Assembly (NCBI GenBank): GCA_951406725.2
Contig: OX597815.1
Location: forward strand, 202,616,001-202,680,000
Length of the DNA stretch: 64,000 nucleotides
Source: Octopus vulgaris
Lineage: Eukaryota
Direction: 5' to 3'
Part shown: in pieces, positions 42,582 through 56,808 of the stretch
Position numbering within the stretch: position 1 is the stretch's first letter
Layout: every line of letters begins with the position of its first letter
Translations under genes and position numbers: made by a program
Notes under the pieces: model-generated
What the model was told of the DNA's origin: nothing
The model's database searches: none
The model's input: only the letters and a program-made list of their open reading frames with translations

Positions 42582-42999
42582 TGTAAGGCAGGATCAACCA
42601 GGTATCATCGGTGCGAAACTTTGGGACAGAGAGCTATACCAATCCATAATAAATCTAAGTCACTTCATAATCCCAAAAGTAGTAACACCTGGCATATCTA
42701 GTGTTAGGAGCTAATACCATAACATTTTAAGTTTCAAACGTCCAGATCTTTAATACCTGGGTATAAAATATTTGCAAGTTCTGGATGTAGGTGTTTTCAA
42801 AACCACCTGATTATATTGATCATTTAAAATCAATTGCGAACCGACATGACAGCGAGAAGCGCGATTGAGAACCGCTATACCATTAACCAAAACTAACGTC
42901 TGAGACAACGTTGAGGAAATAAATTGAAAGCCACATTATTGGTTCTATTTGCGCATATACAGATCTCAAAAACTAGAGGAAGTAAAACGTATGTTCATA

Positions 43000-44330
43000 C
43001 ACACTCATATCACCTATCTCGCTAAATTCGAGATTGTCTTGCTCAAAGCGATAACAACGCTGTATAAGTATTTTTTTCGTGTGTTGTTTGTTTTAAAAAA
43101 GCACGTGTTTTAAATCGCTCTGGGACAATGGTTTATTACTGTGTTCCATTGCATGAAGAATGTTCTTATTGAATTATTTGCAGACAGGCAACTTTCAGGA
43201 CTTGTGACGCTAGTGCTATACATATGTGGTGGAAAAAGGTCTGCTTTTAGACATATTTTTATAATTTTGTTCTTACGTTAATGCCATTATACTTTCAAGT
43301 TCTAGAGCAATAGCAGCCAGCCTCAAGAAAATTATCATTGAAGATAATAACGAAGATTGCAAATATAAAATAGAAAGAAAAACTCAATTAAACCAACAGA
43401 AAGTGACATTATGCCAAATGGAAAAATAACGCAATTTTAACGAATAAAACCATGAATTTACATGACCCAAACAAATATATTTGCAACAACAATATTTTCA
43501 TCGCGTTACCGGCCAAATGGAATTATGAGAAATTACTGAATTGCCAGAGGATATGATAATTTCTGCGCGGCATGTATCTAAATTTCCTTCTTGTCTGATG
43601 ATTTATTCAAAAATGGATAAAGAGAACAATGAACTATCTTTCATTCAAGACTGACAAACAAGGTTTCTAATTCTCTAAGAAATTGCAGCTGATAAAAAAT
43701 TTCAGTAATTACACAACTATGGTTCCTTTAGTATTTTGGATATGGCTTAGGGAAACGTGTTTGTGGGACTCAAAATTAAATATGTGGCGGAAAAAAGAGA
43801 CCCGAGTCACAACACATCTGCTTATAAGCTGATACACAAACGCACAGAACTACGCAATAAAGCTGAGAGCATTAGTGGCAATGCTGATCATTATTTCCTT
43901 GTCATTATTGCACCACACTCTGTTGAGGTTGTGAGCTGTAAGATGCCTAAAATATGGCAGTTGACGAGGTGGCTAAGTATCGACATACAAATCCAGATAA
44001 TCAGCTAAAGATCTTCCCTTGAATTGTAACACAGAAATGTGATGGCTGAGAATACAAAGACGAATTGATACACGCATGATCGTCTGTAAAAGACAACTGA
44101 GGTGCTTTTTGCTAAAAGAGCTTGAAATGCATAAACGAAAAGAGAATGAACGATAGTACAGAAAAGGAATAAGGCAACTGCAAGTCGCAGAAACGACCGC
44201 TTTCAAAATACAAACTATTGCGGACAATTTTAAAACGTGCTTCGGTTCAGCGCTTCCTGACAGTATTGAACGGCATGGATTTGCCTCTCCAGTTTCTCTG
44301 CTACGTGCTCACCGACTTTTCTGTGTAATT
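43000..44330 (+). pseudogene. Highly decayed RTE-type LINE 3' half
   Basis: Ordered remnants across frameshifts: ELFAD (~43171), HVSKF, GYG.ET-like, MPK/YGQLTRG and terminal LLRAHR-like segment. Confidence 0.35.
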
Positions 44331-45319
44331 TTGCCTCCTGCCACTGCCTTATAATAAATTATTGTAGTATTTGATCGACTCGATATGCCTAGTGTCCGAC
44401 ACAAGCCAATGAATCTGACTGATAAACACGTGTTACTGTAGACAGCAGCAACATCAACCCTACCACCAATGATAGCCGCCAACTATTTGCAGTCAATCTT
44501 CTCAAAGATTTTCGATTGATCTAAGTTTATGAAGGTCTTACTCATGCCATGTTCCTTAACTACCCTTCTGGCGTGCTTCGAATTCTGTGAACATTCTAGT
44601 GGGAGGATATATTTGGGTATGGCGTGTGTTTGTGAATAACCAATCAGACAGCAGAAACAAGCGCCAAAATCTTCTGATAACACTTTGAGCCTAGCAGATG
44701 TATAAGCCTAAATGTACGTATGTCGTGCCCCACGTTCGCATTTTTTACCAGCAACTCATCTGCTCGTCGACTCACAGATTTGGGGATTTTATTGTGTCAT
44801 ACACCCCCTCAGTGTGCTGTTATATTACTGTTAGTGTTTTTGTTGTTATTATTATTGTTGCTATCTTTTAGTGAGAAACAGGCAGTAGTGTCATTGGTTG
44901 CTGTTGTTGTTGTTATTGTTGCTATTGCTCCTTTTTACTGTTGACCCCGCTGATATTGGGTTGTAGACTTTGTAATTTGAACATGGGTAAATTTTGTTCA
45001 TTGATCAACGAATTTGTTCTGACCTCCATTCAAAATGACTCCCCATTTTGAAAACTGAAATCCCAAACGTTTGCTACTGTTTTTTATTATTTTTTTTTTT
45101 TTTGCTGTTTTTTTTTAGTTTGTTTTTGCTTTAATGTGCTTAGAAACACGTCAGATAACAGACCTGCAGGGATTTTCGTCTAATTTACCGATCGGTAATA
45201 ACAGGTATTAACAAAGAACATGTAACTACATATATCGATACACGGATAATTTTGATGAGGAGAATCGAGTACGTGTTATTGATATCATGAAAAATAGCCG
45301 TATTAATCGTTTCAAATTT

Positions 45320-45501
45320 TTGCACGAAATTAGCAAATTAGCGGGAGAGGGAATATGTCGATTACATTAACTTCAGTGGTCAACAGGTGCTTATTTTATT
45401 AACTCCAAAATGATGAAAGAAAAAGTCGACCTCGGTGGAATTTGAATTCATAGCGTAGAAATAACCGTAATAATAATGATAATAATAATAATAATAATAA
45501 T

Positions 45502-45532
<31 letters not shown>

Positions 45533-45585
45533 GTAATAATAATAGTAACAATAATAATAATAATAATAATAATAATAGTAATAAA

Positions 45586-45637
<52 letters not shown>

Positions 45638-45664
45638 GTAATAGAAATAATAATAATAACAATA

Positions 45665-45717
<53 letters not shown>

Positions 45718-45749
45718 GAAATAATAATAATAATAATAATAATAATAGA

Positions 45750-45805
<56 letters not shown>

Positions 45806-45830
45806 CAACAACAACAGTAATAATAATAGT
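45320..45830. repeat. SINE fragment (minus strand) running into a ~360 bp (TAA)n array
   Basis: GATGAAAGAAAAAGTCGACCTCGGTGGAATTTGAA followed by (TAA)n from ~45468. Confidence 0.85.
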
Positions 45831-46327
45831 GGCAAGAAAATGCATTATTGTTGTTGAAATTAACACCAATCAAATGCTATAACCGATTCGATGGACTAGA
45901 GTACGTAGCAACATATACAGACTTGTGCTATTGTCAGCATTCTATGTTCTTATTAGGTTCATGTGAGTTCTCATTCTGGCTGTACAATATCTATATATAT
46001 AAAAGGCAGGATATGTGTGTGTGTGTGTGTGTGTGAATGCAATTTATGCACGTCAACAGATTAGCACGCATGTCGCTCCAATTTTAGGAGGACATTCGTC
46101 ATGATCCTAGGTGTATTTTCGGCAACTTATTCTTCCCACAGGCACCAGCGAATAGCATTAAAAATATTTTTTCTACCAAAACTTTTAACAATTTTCAAGT
46201 CGGAGAAATCCCCATTGTTTGCAAACAGGAGTTAAGTCCCCTTCTAGCGACAAGCAAGATTTTGTTAAGACTTTTGTTGCTTTTTTCCATCGAGGACAAA
46301 GCGTTCTCTTGATATACGGGCAACACA

Positions 46328-46360
<33 letters not shown>

Positions 46361-46644
46361 TCACGTACTTGTATGCGTACAAAAACATGTATGCAATAGG
46401 TGTACGTACGTACGTGTGTGTATGTGTGTGTGTGTTGACCATATATAAATATACATATACATACATACATAAATATAATTAAGGGTTTAGCAACAAGTTG
46501 CTCCACCACATATCGAAAATTTAGAAATAGCAGCCAAAGGACTGTTAATTCTTTTCACTACAAATACGACTCCACAGACAACAATATTTATAACTCACAT
46601 AGGTAAAAAGAAGAAATAACAAAATCAAACAGTTTTCGATTAAT

Positions 46645-46698
46645 TATGAACGCGTTTCTGGATTAGGATTATAAAAATTCATTTCCTTTATCGACATA
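46645..46698 (-). ncRNA. Type I hammerhead candidate, U3-A8 plus U4C core
   Basis: UAUG-UCGAUAA-AGGA-(21 nt)-UCCA-GAAA-CGCG-U-U^CAUA; ACGCGU palindromic stem III; A.A at the base of stem II. Confidence 0.5.
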
Positions 46699-46942
46699 TT
46701 TCGAGAATTATACATTTGAAAATGCTAGAAAAACCTACCCTTTGCATATTCGACGAAGCGCGAAGTGACACAAGGTAGTCAGCATATCCAAACTTACATA
46801 GACGAGTGAATTCATATTTCCCTCCAAGTTTACCATGTCCGTCACAAAATAGTACCGCAGAAAGAAAACCGCAGTTTGTTATCAGGGAGTAAATTAATCA
46901 TTACAGATACAGGGTAATTATATATCTCTAATGAGTACATAC

Positions 46943-46997
<55 letters not shown>

Positions 46998-47019
46998 AAT
47001 ATAATTATATTTATGTATG

Positions 47020-47049
<30 letters not shown>

Positions 47050-47051
<2 letters not shown>

Positions 47052-47232
47052 CCGGAGTAAACACATAAATGTGAAACAAGGTGGAAAAAAGAGTACTCAA
47101 ATACCAGTGGTAGAGTAATATGCTTTATTTAAAGCAGCAGAAAATTCAACAAAACATTCAACAAAACCTGTTACTCTGAGTTTCCCGTTGCCGGCAACAT
47201 GTTTTGTTGAATTTTCTGCTGCTTTAAATAAA

Positions 47233-47233
<1 letters not shown>
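47050..47233. mobile_element. Small fold-back element with 35 bp inverted repeats and half hammerhead
   Basis: 47123-47157 is the reverse complement of 47199-47233; minus strand 47167-47193 reads CGGCAACGG-GAAA-CUCAGAG-UA-ACAGG. Confidence 0.7.
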
Positions 47234-47297
<64 letters not shown>

Positions 47298-47632
47298 AAT
47301 TTCAATGGGTTTCGCCCAAATTTGACGTCGATGTTACTTAGTTTGGTTTGAAATAAAGAACTTGATTAGTTTAATAATCTTAACTTCATCCCGAGCAAAG
47401 CCGGGTTATACTGTTAGTATTTTTTTTTCGTTCGATGTAAATAAAAGTATACCAGCAATAACCGACCCGACTACCCTGTTATTAACAAATATCATCACTG
47501 AAACGATGCGAACTCAGAATGTGAACACTAGTAAAAGTTACATGAATCTATCTATACTGTGTATGTTTTGATTTTCCCCACTGATTTGGAAGTCTAATTC
47601 TCTCTATCTCTCACACACACACTCTCTATCTA

Positions 47633-47714
<82 letters not shown>

Positions 47715-48131
47715 TATTTCTGTCTCTTCCAAGCTCTATCTTTCTGTCGCTCGTTATAGATATTTGAGCACGTCTGATTCACACACACACAAACACACAT
47801 ACACACATATGATACCTACACACTTACACACACACCAATCGCACATATATACATACACATATATACACAAGCATTAGGCATATATGTATCTATATATATG
47901 TATCTATATATATATATATATATATATATACATCCATATGAATATATATATAAATAGATAGATAGGTAGATAGATAAATAGATAGATAAATAGATAGATA
48001 TTTATATACGTATACATGTATAAGTATTTGTGTGTCTGTATATATATATATATATATATATATGAATCTATGTATGTATAACTACATACTCATATCTATC
48101 AATATATGAGCCATATATATATATATATATG

Positions 48132-48180
<49 letters not shown>

Positions 48181-48309
48181 GTATATATATATATATAGAC
48201 ATTCATATCATATCATATATGTAAATATCTCATTATATGTAAATGTACGTTTTTATATATGTATTTATGTATGTATGCATGCATGTATGTACGTGCGTAC
48301 GTACGCGTG

Positions 48310-48355
48310 TACGTAAGTATGTATGTATGTATGTGTATGTATGTAAGTATGTATG

Positions 48356-48389
<34 letters not shown>

Positions 48390-48567
48390 TGTATGTATGT
48401 ATGTATTTATGTATGTATGTATGTATGTATGTATGTATTTATGTATGTATGTATGTATGTATGTAGGTATGTATGTATGTATGTATGTATGTATGTATGT
48501 ATGTATGTATGTATGTATGTATATATGTATGTAGGTATGTATGTATGTATGTATTTATGTATGTATG

Positions 48568-48601
<34 letters not shown>

Positions 48602-48636
48602 TGTATGTATGTATGTATGTATGTATGTATGTATGT
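48310..48636. repeat. (TATG)n microsatellite
   Basis: Direct read. Confidence 0.95.
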
Positions 48637-49329
48637 GTAATTCAGAAACACCAACAATATCCTTGTGTATGCGTTTGTGTGTGCTGTTTATAGTTGTACG
48701 TATATATATATATATTTCTCTGCGCGCACGCGTATACACGTTTTCAGAGTTTTTCACTCAATACTAAAATGAAAAGCAAAAGTTACAAAGACATAAATAT
48801 TACTTATGCATGAGATTTCTACTTTGTGAGCTAGGATCAGTAATTTGGAAGGTTTGGATCCCTACGGGTCGTACATGAAACATCGAAGGCGCAATTGCGT
48901 GTCGCATCTCCATCACAATCTATCCACTGAGAAACCGAACAATAATAACATTTCTCATCATTAAGGTAAGATCAGTCCCAGTGCCGTAGTTTTCATCCAC
49001 ATTATTAGCACGACATCCATATGAATATATTTATGATGTCAATTGTTTATTTATTTATTTGTTTATTTATTTTGTTTCTGTTCCCTTTGCTATTGTTGTT
49101 TTGTGTTTCGTTATTGAGTTTGTGTGCGCATGCGCTTTTCAGGTGTCTTTTTTTTTCCCCTTTGTGTGTGTGTGTGTTATTCATTTTCTTTTGTTGTTTG
49201 TTTCAGAAAATTTATATGTTGCTGTTTTCATTTATGATTTTTGCTTCCATCGCATTATCACTATCGCTACTGCCATAAATATATTAATAATGAGAACGAG
49301 AAGGCGGATGAAAATGATGGTAATATTTC

Positions 49330-49890
49330 TTTTTAATTTTATCACAACGCTTAGTAATTTGGGGAGCGAAACAGGGAGCATTCAATTACATAGACCCCAT
49401 GCTTTACTATCTATTTGATTAACTTGAAGCGGTTGACATGCAAAATTGACTTTGTGGAGATTTGAACGCAAAATATAAAACGTCGGAAGAAATTTTATTG
49501 AGAACTTTATTGAGTCACTAACGATTTGGCCAGTTCACTGATTAAGTCATAGCGGTTTCAAATTTTGAAACAAGGCCGATTACATTGACTCCAGTGTCCA
49601 ACTTGTACTTATATTTATTGAACATGAAAGGATGAAAGTTAAAATCAGCTTCTGCAGAATTTTAAACGAAAACAGAAGGACGAAATGCATAGAGAGAGGC
49701 GTTAAGCAATTTGCCCCCCGCGTGGTAACATTTCTGACAACTTGTCGCCCTTAATATAATTTTTTATTATAGGCACAATGCCTTATATTTCAGCCAACAG
49801 GCGATTATATCAGTCGCAGCGCCCGACTGGTATTTATTTATCGACGGAATTTGAACTCAGAATGTAAAGACAGACGAACAGCCACTATGT
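49330..49890 (-). mobile_element. Cluster of about three degenerate core-family SINEs
   Basis: Repeated GATTACAT..ACTCCAGTG, GAAAGGATGAAAG and GAATTTGAACTCAGAA fragments. Confidence 0.6.
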
Positions 49891-52840
49891 ATCTAGCATT
49901 TATCCATCGGTTCCTACACAAAAGTCATCTGTAGTAGACCAGCCAATTAATTCCTGCCGACCAGCAGGATTTCTCCCGGTACATCAAGCTTATCGTCACT
50001 CTTGTCCGCCGCTAAACCTCTATGGAACGCCAGAGACGAAGTTCCAACGACCGCATTTTAGAAAAGTTCTCACGGTACTCTGGTTTACCTAGCGCCTTGC
50101 TTCAATTTACACTAGATCCAGGACAGCTATCCTGTCAAAGAGACGAGTAAGGAAGAGAATCTGACAAACGTCGGCCACAACTGCTCTTAGTCAAGGAAAC
50201 GCTGGAGATGGCTCGGTCTTATCGCATGTTTGCGCATCATGAGCTTCGGCATGTTTAGTTATCCACTCAGTGGGTGTTGACAACTAACGGGGTGCCTAAA
50301 CAGTAAAACTCATCCCTTCCATAGAAATCGAAATCGGACCTGAAATGGGGTGAAGGACGACAGACAGATGTTTATGAATGAAGACAGCAAAAACCTTCCT
50401 ACGTTTCAAGCATAGTCTTCTCTTGGTCACTTGACTCGTTTCCTCTCCTCACTTCTCTGGGGGTTTAATCCAAACTAGACCTCGAGCAATTTAACCAACC
50501 TGTACATACAGCATTCTATAAATTGTTAGACAGCATGGACTTACCTCTCCAGGTGCTGAGCTGCTCTTCCATGGATTTCTCTTCGTTCATTGTTGCTCCT
50601 CTCATCACCTCACATTTTCTTCGGAAATTCTAATTCATGCAGGATGCACCTACCAGTCTCTAGTTTCTGCAGTGGTTGCTGAAAACTCGGTAAATAAAGA
50701 AGACTAAGACGGACAAACTTGACAGGCCGAGCGCATAATACTAAATGGTTTCATTAGGCGGTATTCAGCCACACCACCGAGCAAGTACCGTTGTATATCG
50801 AGGTAATGCAACAGCGAAACGCAGGACCGAAACCAACCACCTTGAGAACAAAAGTTTTTGTTTTATCTAAACTTAATAGGACCTATGATGTAAAGAACGA
50901 CTCCACGATGTAAGTCACGTTGTGAAGATTGTCGTGGGTTGCTCTCTGTTCTGGATAGCGCATTTTTTCGCATCACCAGTTAGACCATAGTTGATTAAAG
51001 AAATACGTATTACAGACAAAAACCGAGTTAATGATTTTCATTCAATGTGTCATTCGGGATTGCAAAGTTATTGCTCTTATACGTTATTCTTCTTGTCATA
51101 CATGATCACATATTGACTTCTCCTTTTTCAAAAATATGTTCAATTCCTGTGGATAAAACACATAATATCTGATAATTATAAATCAAAATGATGGTTGTTG
51201 CTTGATCTTCATATCACTTCTCTATCACTGCAAGTTCACAAACGTGATTAACATTCCAATGCTCTATCTTACCGAAATATTTCTGCATACGTTTATACGT
51301 TTTTATTGTTTGTGTTTTTCTTATTTTTGTTATTGTCTATTTTTTACTTGAATGCTGCACTCGTTTCGATCCCCTTTTAACACATTCTGCGTTTCGTGAT
51401 GAGTGAATTTTATCAAATATTTTCTTTAAAAAAATTTGTTGGACTACAATTAGCCATTGAGTTCTTGTTTGAAGTTTTATGTATCAGCCCAAAGCATCAT
51501 TTTTACTTCAACATACCGAGTTTTTTTGCGTGAATTAACCATGTGTACAACCTTTCCTGCTTCTTAGTTTCAGATTTCAAACAATCTTTGAAGAAAGTTT
51601 TGGTTTCTAACTGCAAAGTTATTTCCATATTGCGGAGAATTTAACTCACACTATATAGCATTGTCGTGGCTCAATAGCAAAATTATCTAGACTTCAGAAG
51701 ACACGATTCAGCCATCATAACATAAAAACAACCTGTACTCAAGAATATTGCCATTAGGATGTGTTAGAAATAGTTATTTTTCTAATTGTTTTAATTGAGA
51801 AGAGCAACCGAATAAAGAGATTAACCATGTACTGGTCTTAGTTATACCGATCTGCATTCACATATATCCATACTTCCAACAATGGGTCACATCAAGCCAA
51901 TAAAAGTATCAACATTACCTGTGTCAACTTTTAGAGATATTAAAAGTATCTTTCTCAAATCACAACAAAATTTATATTACATTCATTTTAACTAAAGCTT
52001 TAGTTTTCTTTACCCCCCATGGTCTACTCGAATATACCAATCTTCAAAACATTCCCAGCCGTGAACATGTCGGAAACTTTGGTTAATATTCCCATCTGAA
52101 CAAATGATGACATATGTTTGCGCTCCCGTTATTAGTTTTTCTATGTTGGGAAAAGAGAACTGAAATTGATAAAAACCACCTGCTTATTCGTATTAGCAAT
52201 TTTGCTTTGAAATATCATAATTTACTTCTCTTGATAATTGCCAGCTACATCCCCTAAGTTCGAAGCGATTATTATTCCCAGCATGTAAAAGTATTTTTGT
52301 ACAGCAAGGACAAACTGCTGGCAAATTAGAAACAAGACATAACTTCCACACTCCAGATGAAGCCATGTCGATTAACTTACGCTGTATGATCTTAAATCAG
52401 GTTTGTACGTATCAGGTAATGTCGAGTAAGAAAATTTACATTTATTTCTTGTCTCTGAGAGATATGTGAAACTTTATTTTATTGTTTCATGTAGAGAATA
52501 AGACCGTATGTTCAATGTCGACTTCTACACACACTTCGAATTGATTCACTAACTTCAGAAACAGTGCACTGAAATCTATCTCAATATTAACAGAGTGGTT
52601 ATTACACAATACTCTCTTTTCTCTTTTCTTTCTTTCACACTTACAGGCATACATACATGCACAAAATACGCACACACATACACAACCACATATACTTATA
52701 AAGATCAAGTAGAATAGAGAGAAATGGTTGAACAGATTGATATATATATAATGCATATATGTATAGAAATATATACACACATACATGTTTATATATATTT
52801 ATATATGTATATATATTTATATATATATATATATATATCC

Positions 52841-52906
<66 letters not shown>

Positions 52907-53033
52907 CACAAGTGATAGGCGGGCCTGCATATCTGTGTGTAAAATCTAATGACATATTTACATTGGTAAATAGAGAGGCATACGCAAGGAAACATAGATT
53001 CACACACTCTATGTTGGACAGACCGACAGACAG

Positions 53034-53034
<1 letters not shown>

Positions 53035-53104
<70 letters not shown>

Positions 53105-53105
53105 C

Positions 53106-53165
<60 letters not shown>
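53035..53165. repeat. (GATA)n microsatellite
   Basis: Direct read. Confidence 0.95.
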
Positions 53166-53689
53166 GTATTCAATTAGTTATTAAATCAAAGTTAATCTTA
53201 ACTTTTAGAAGTATAAAATATTTCATTATATTAGGCTGAGTAACCCAAGTCTGCTAATAAAGTCAATGTCAATTACTAATTAGTCGCCATCGTTTATAAA
53301 ACTGCAATGGCGACTGTTTAATACTGGAAAAGCAGCCTTTCAAACAAGAGCATTTGGAGACCTATGAAGCCTCGGTGTGAGGAAGTATTCTTTACAAAAT
53401 TTACACCAATAGAAGATACATTTTCATTTACATATAGAGCATCAGAGCAAATGGTGCATGTGCACCAATAATTGCTTATGATAACACATGAGAGAGAAAT
53501 ATTGATATTTTCACGGATTTGACTTTTGCGTTTTTACATTTGGAGAAAGATTTTTGTCCTTTTCCTATGTTTTCAAAGATTGGCTAAAAATTATTTCTTG
53601 ATTGAGAGATGTTCGTTTGTTTAACACAGAAGCCCTCAATTACGTCTCCCTAGTGTATATGATTTAATCAAGCTATAAACTATATGAAT

Positions 53690-53830
53690 TGCTCCAGTCC
53701 ACTCAGCTGGCAAAAATGAGTAACGCTGCGATGGACTGGCGTCTCGTCCAGCTGGGGAACACATACGACATTGAAACCGAGAAACCGGGCCCATGAGCCT
53801 GGCTAGGCTTTAAAATGGGCGCATTTATTT
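53690..53830 (+). mobile_element. 5'-truncated SINE with V/Meta-domain-like core
   Basis: CTGCGATGGACTGGCGTCTCGTCCAG motif after the CAGCTGGCAAAAATGAGT segment shared with 1..243; (TTTA) tail. Confidence 0.7.
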
Positions 53831-53878
53831 TATTTATTATATATTTTATGTATTATCAAATCATAACTCAATATATTG

Positions 53879-54090
53879 GGTGGCGACATGGCAGAATCGT
53901 TTGAACACCGGGTAAAATGCTTTGCAGTATTTCGTCCGACTCTACGCTCTGAGTTCAAATTCCGCCCAGATCGACTTTGCCTTTAATCCTTTTCGTGTTG
54001 ATGAAAAAAAGTAACAGCTGTGTACTAAGGACGATGTTATCGACTTACCCCTCCACCGAAATTGGTGGCCTGTTCCCGAAATTTGAAATC
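53879..54090 (+). mobile_element. SINE, GCCTTTCATCC-core family
   Basis: GGCGACATGGCAGAATCGTT...GAGTTCAAATTCCGCC...GACTTTGCCTTT. Confidence 0.8.
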
Positions 54091-54253
54091 AGTATATTAA
54101 ATCAGTTAATGACTTAGTCATTTCACTATATATAGATATATAAAATCATTTTGCGGGGTCTTATACTCCACTGATTTTTGATAAAAAGATAATATACAGT
54201 ATCACTAATATGAAGAACTGATTTAAATTAAGAGGAAACGAATTTAACATCTA

Positions 54254-54293
<40 letters not shown>

Positions 54294-54312
54294 ATGTGTA
54301 TATATATTTGTC

Positions 54313-54347
<35 letters not shown>

Positions 54348-54350
<3 letters not shown>

Positions 54351-54688
54351 GGGTAAGACCCCCTTCGGTCATGAATGACCATGGGATTGCACCTAGAAAG
54401 TTACCTTCCTAGACACAAGTCCGGGCAAGGTTGTTTATGGAAGACCAGCAGTCGCCCATGCATACCAGCCTCCTCTCCACGCCACCAGTGTTATCCAAGG
54501 GAAAGACAAAGGTCGATACAGCTTGGCACCAGTGACGTCGCAACTCATTTCTACAGCTGAGTGAACTGGAGCAACGTGAAATAAAGTGCCTTGCTCGAGA
54601 ACACAACACGCAGCCCGGTCCGGGATTCGAGCTCACAACCTCACGATCGTAAGCTCGACGCTCTAACCACTGAGCCATGCGCCTTCAC
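54348..54688 (-). mobile_element. Full-length tRNA-SINE inserted in (TA)n
   Basis: Head GGCGCATGGCTCAGTGGTTAGAGCG...GAGCTCGAATCCC, similar to 1..243, but with a different 3' half. Confidence 0.88.
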
Positions 54689-54727
<39 letters not shown>

Positions 54728-54799
54728 ACACCACACACACACACATACATACATTCAATCATATATATATATACACATATATATGTGTGTGTGTGTATG

Positions 54800-54862
<63 letters not shown>

Positions 54863-55622
54863 TGATATACTTCCATTATCATGGTTAGTATTTCAGAAAC
54901 TGGTGGTGTTATTCGTGTATTTTCAATTATGTGTATCTTCCGACATTTAGCCATTAATCGCGTCATATTGCATGAAGCAATGAGGCAATTGCTAAAACTG
55001 CTAGGGCCGTTTTAAATATCTGTAGTAGTGCATCGGTCAAATGTTTCTCTCATCTTTGGGCATTGCAATATATTAATGAAATGCACTTTTCCCGTGTACT
55101 TTAACGAAATGTGCTCTTTTAGATGAAATTGATTTATAGGTTTCTCGGTTAAGATATTTGCATAGGACAGATAAATGCTGTCGATGATTTCGTGTAAGCA
55201 AAATCTATATTTCAAATAGCTTTTCTTATATCATATCGATCGATTTTGTTTTTCATTAAAATATCTGAAGCCACTGCATAATCATTACAGTCTTCACAGT
55301 TTTCACAAATAAATAACTATTTGAAGTTAATTACCCTAATAAATTACACTGAAATATAAGTGTGTACTTTAAAAAGTCCTATGGTTTAAACTGTAGATCT
55401 GACATATCGAAAGACTAACTGGAATTATATATAACTTTACATGAAAAATATATGGTTTTTCTGTTTTATTCTGCATATTCCAGACGATAAATGCAATGTA
55501 TTGGGTACGGGCAATATACACTAACACAGATGCTTGAAAAATGCAGCCATTTCTGAAATAAAGAATCAATTGAAAGCAAAATGACCACATAATAAGGATA
55601 TTTTGAAAAACATTTATTTTAT

Positions 55623-56010
55623 CAATGTAAAGTATAGAAGCTATCTTAACATGGCTAACCACATAGGGGAGGGGGTGTTACTGTAGCTTTATAGCCCCAA
55701 GAGATCGTCGTCTCCAGCTGGCTTTAGACACCATTTCAGTGCCCTTGAAGTATTTGCAAGGCGGCCTTCCCTTTCGTCGCGACCTGGTGGTTACTGCCCG
55801 TTGACAAGGGACAAAAATCCCGAAACTAGTCCGAGCGTATTACTCAGGCTTGCGAGGAAGGGATGGCCTCCCTTTGCAAATACTTCAAGGGCACTGAAAT
55901 GGTGTCTAAAGCCAGCTGGAGACGACGATCTCTTGGGGCTATAAAGCTACAGTAACACCACCTCATCTATGTGGTTAGCCATGTTAAGATGGCTTCTATA
56001 CTTTACATTG
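55623..56010. mobile_element. Foldback/MITE-like element with ~150 bp inverted arms
   Basis: 55623-55773 is the near-perfect reverse complement of 55858-56010; 84 bp spacer; no ORF; no clear TSD. Confidence 0.88.
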
Positions 56011-56745
56011 TCGAGCGATTACTGTTTCAATCTCATTCTAAGATTTAATAATATTTATTTTATCGTATACATACATTTTATCATATACATACATTTTACT
56101 GGAAATTGTCGTTGTACAAGCTGAGCTATTGTAATAAGAAAGTGTGGCTTAGAATGAAATCGTTCCAGTCACTTTTCAATTAAGTATTTTATTGTAATAG
56201 TCCACATATAACAAAATATATTGCAAATGGTGCTTCCCAGTTTTCAGCGAACTTATATCATATGCTACCTGAAGCGGAACAATTTTCGTGCAAAGCAGAA
56301 TAAAATTTAAATTGTTTCAGATCACTAGTGTTATAGGATGACAAATCGCTAAAGTTTTTATTTTTGTTTTCTTTGTTGTGTAATTTTTGTTTTTTTTTCT
56401 TCTTTTTTTAATATCAATGTTTATGTGAAATATATTTACAATGCAGTACAAAATGTTCTGTTCGGTGAAAAAAAACACAAACTATATTTATTCTTTACCA
56501 TCACCCAACATAGTACATGATGGAAAATTATTGTAGTACAGTAACCCAATTTTTGTCGGAGAATAGAAATGAAATGGAAATTGCTCACCTTTGAGATTTA
56601 CGACTTCTTTTATCAAATTTGGAATTAAATATTACAAAATTTGTTGTTGGTCATGAAAAACAATAATCTCATTAATACACAATGTCTGCTCACTTAATTA
56701 TTCATCTTAGAAATTTACATTAATAAACATTACATCTTTATATTT

Positions 56746-56759
56746 TGATAATAATAATG

Positions 56760-56808
<49 letters not shown>

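Noticed and set aside
43590-43632. CUGAUGA followed by an 8 bp hairpin
   Set aside because: Followed by GAGA rather than GAAA, with no stem III or UH site
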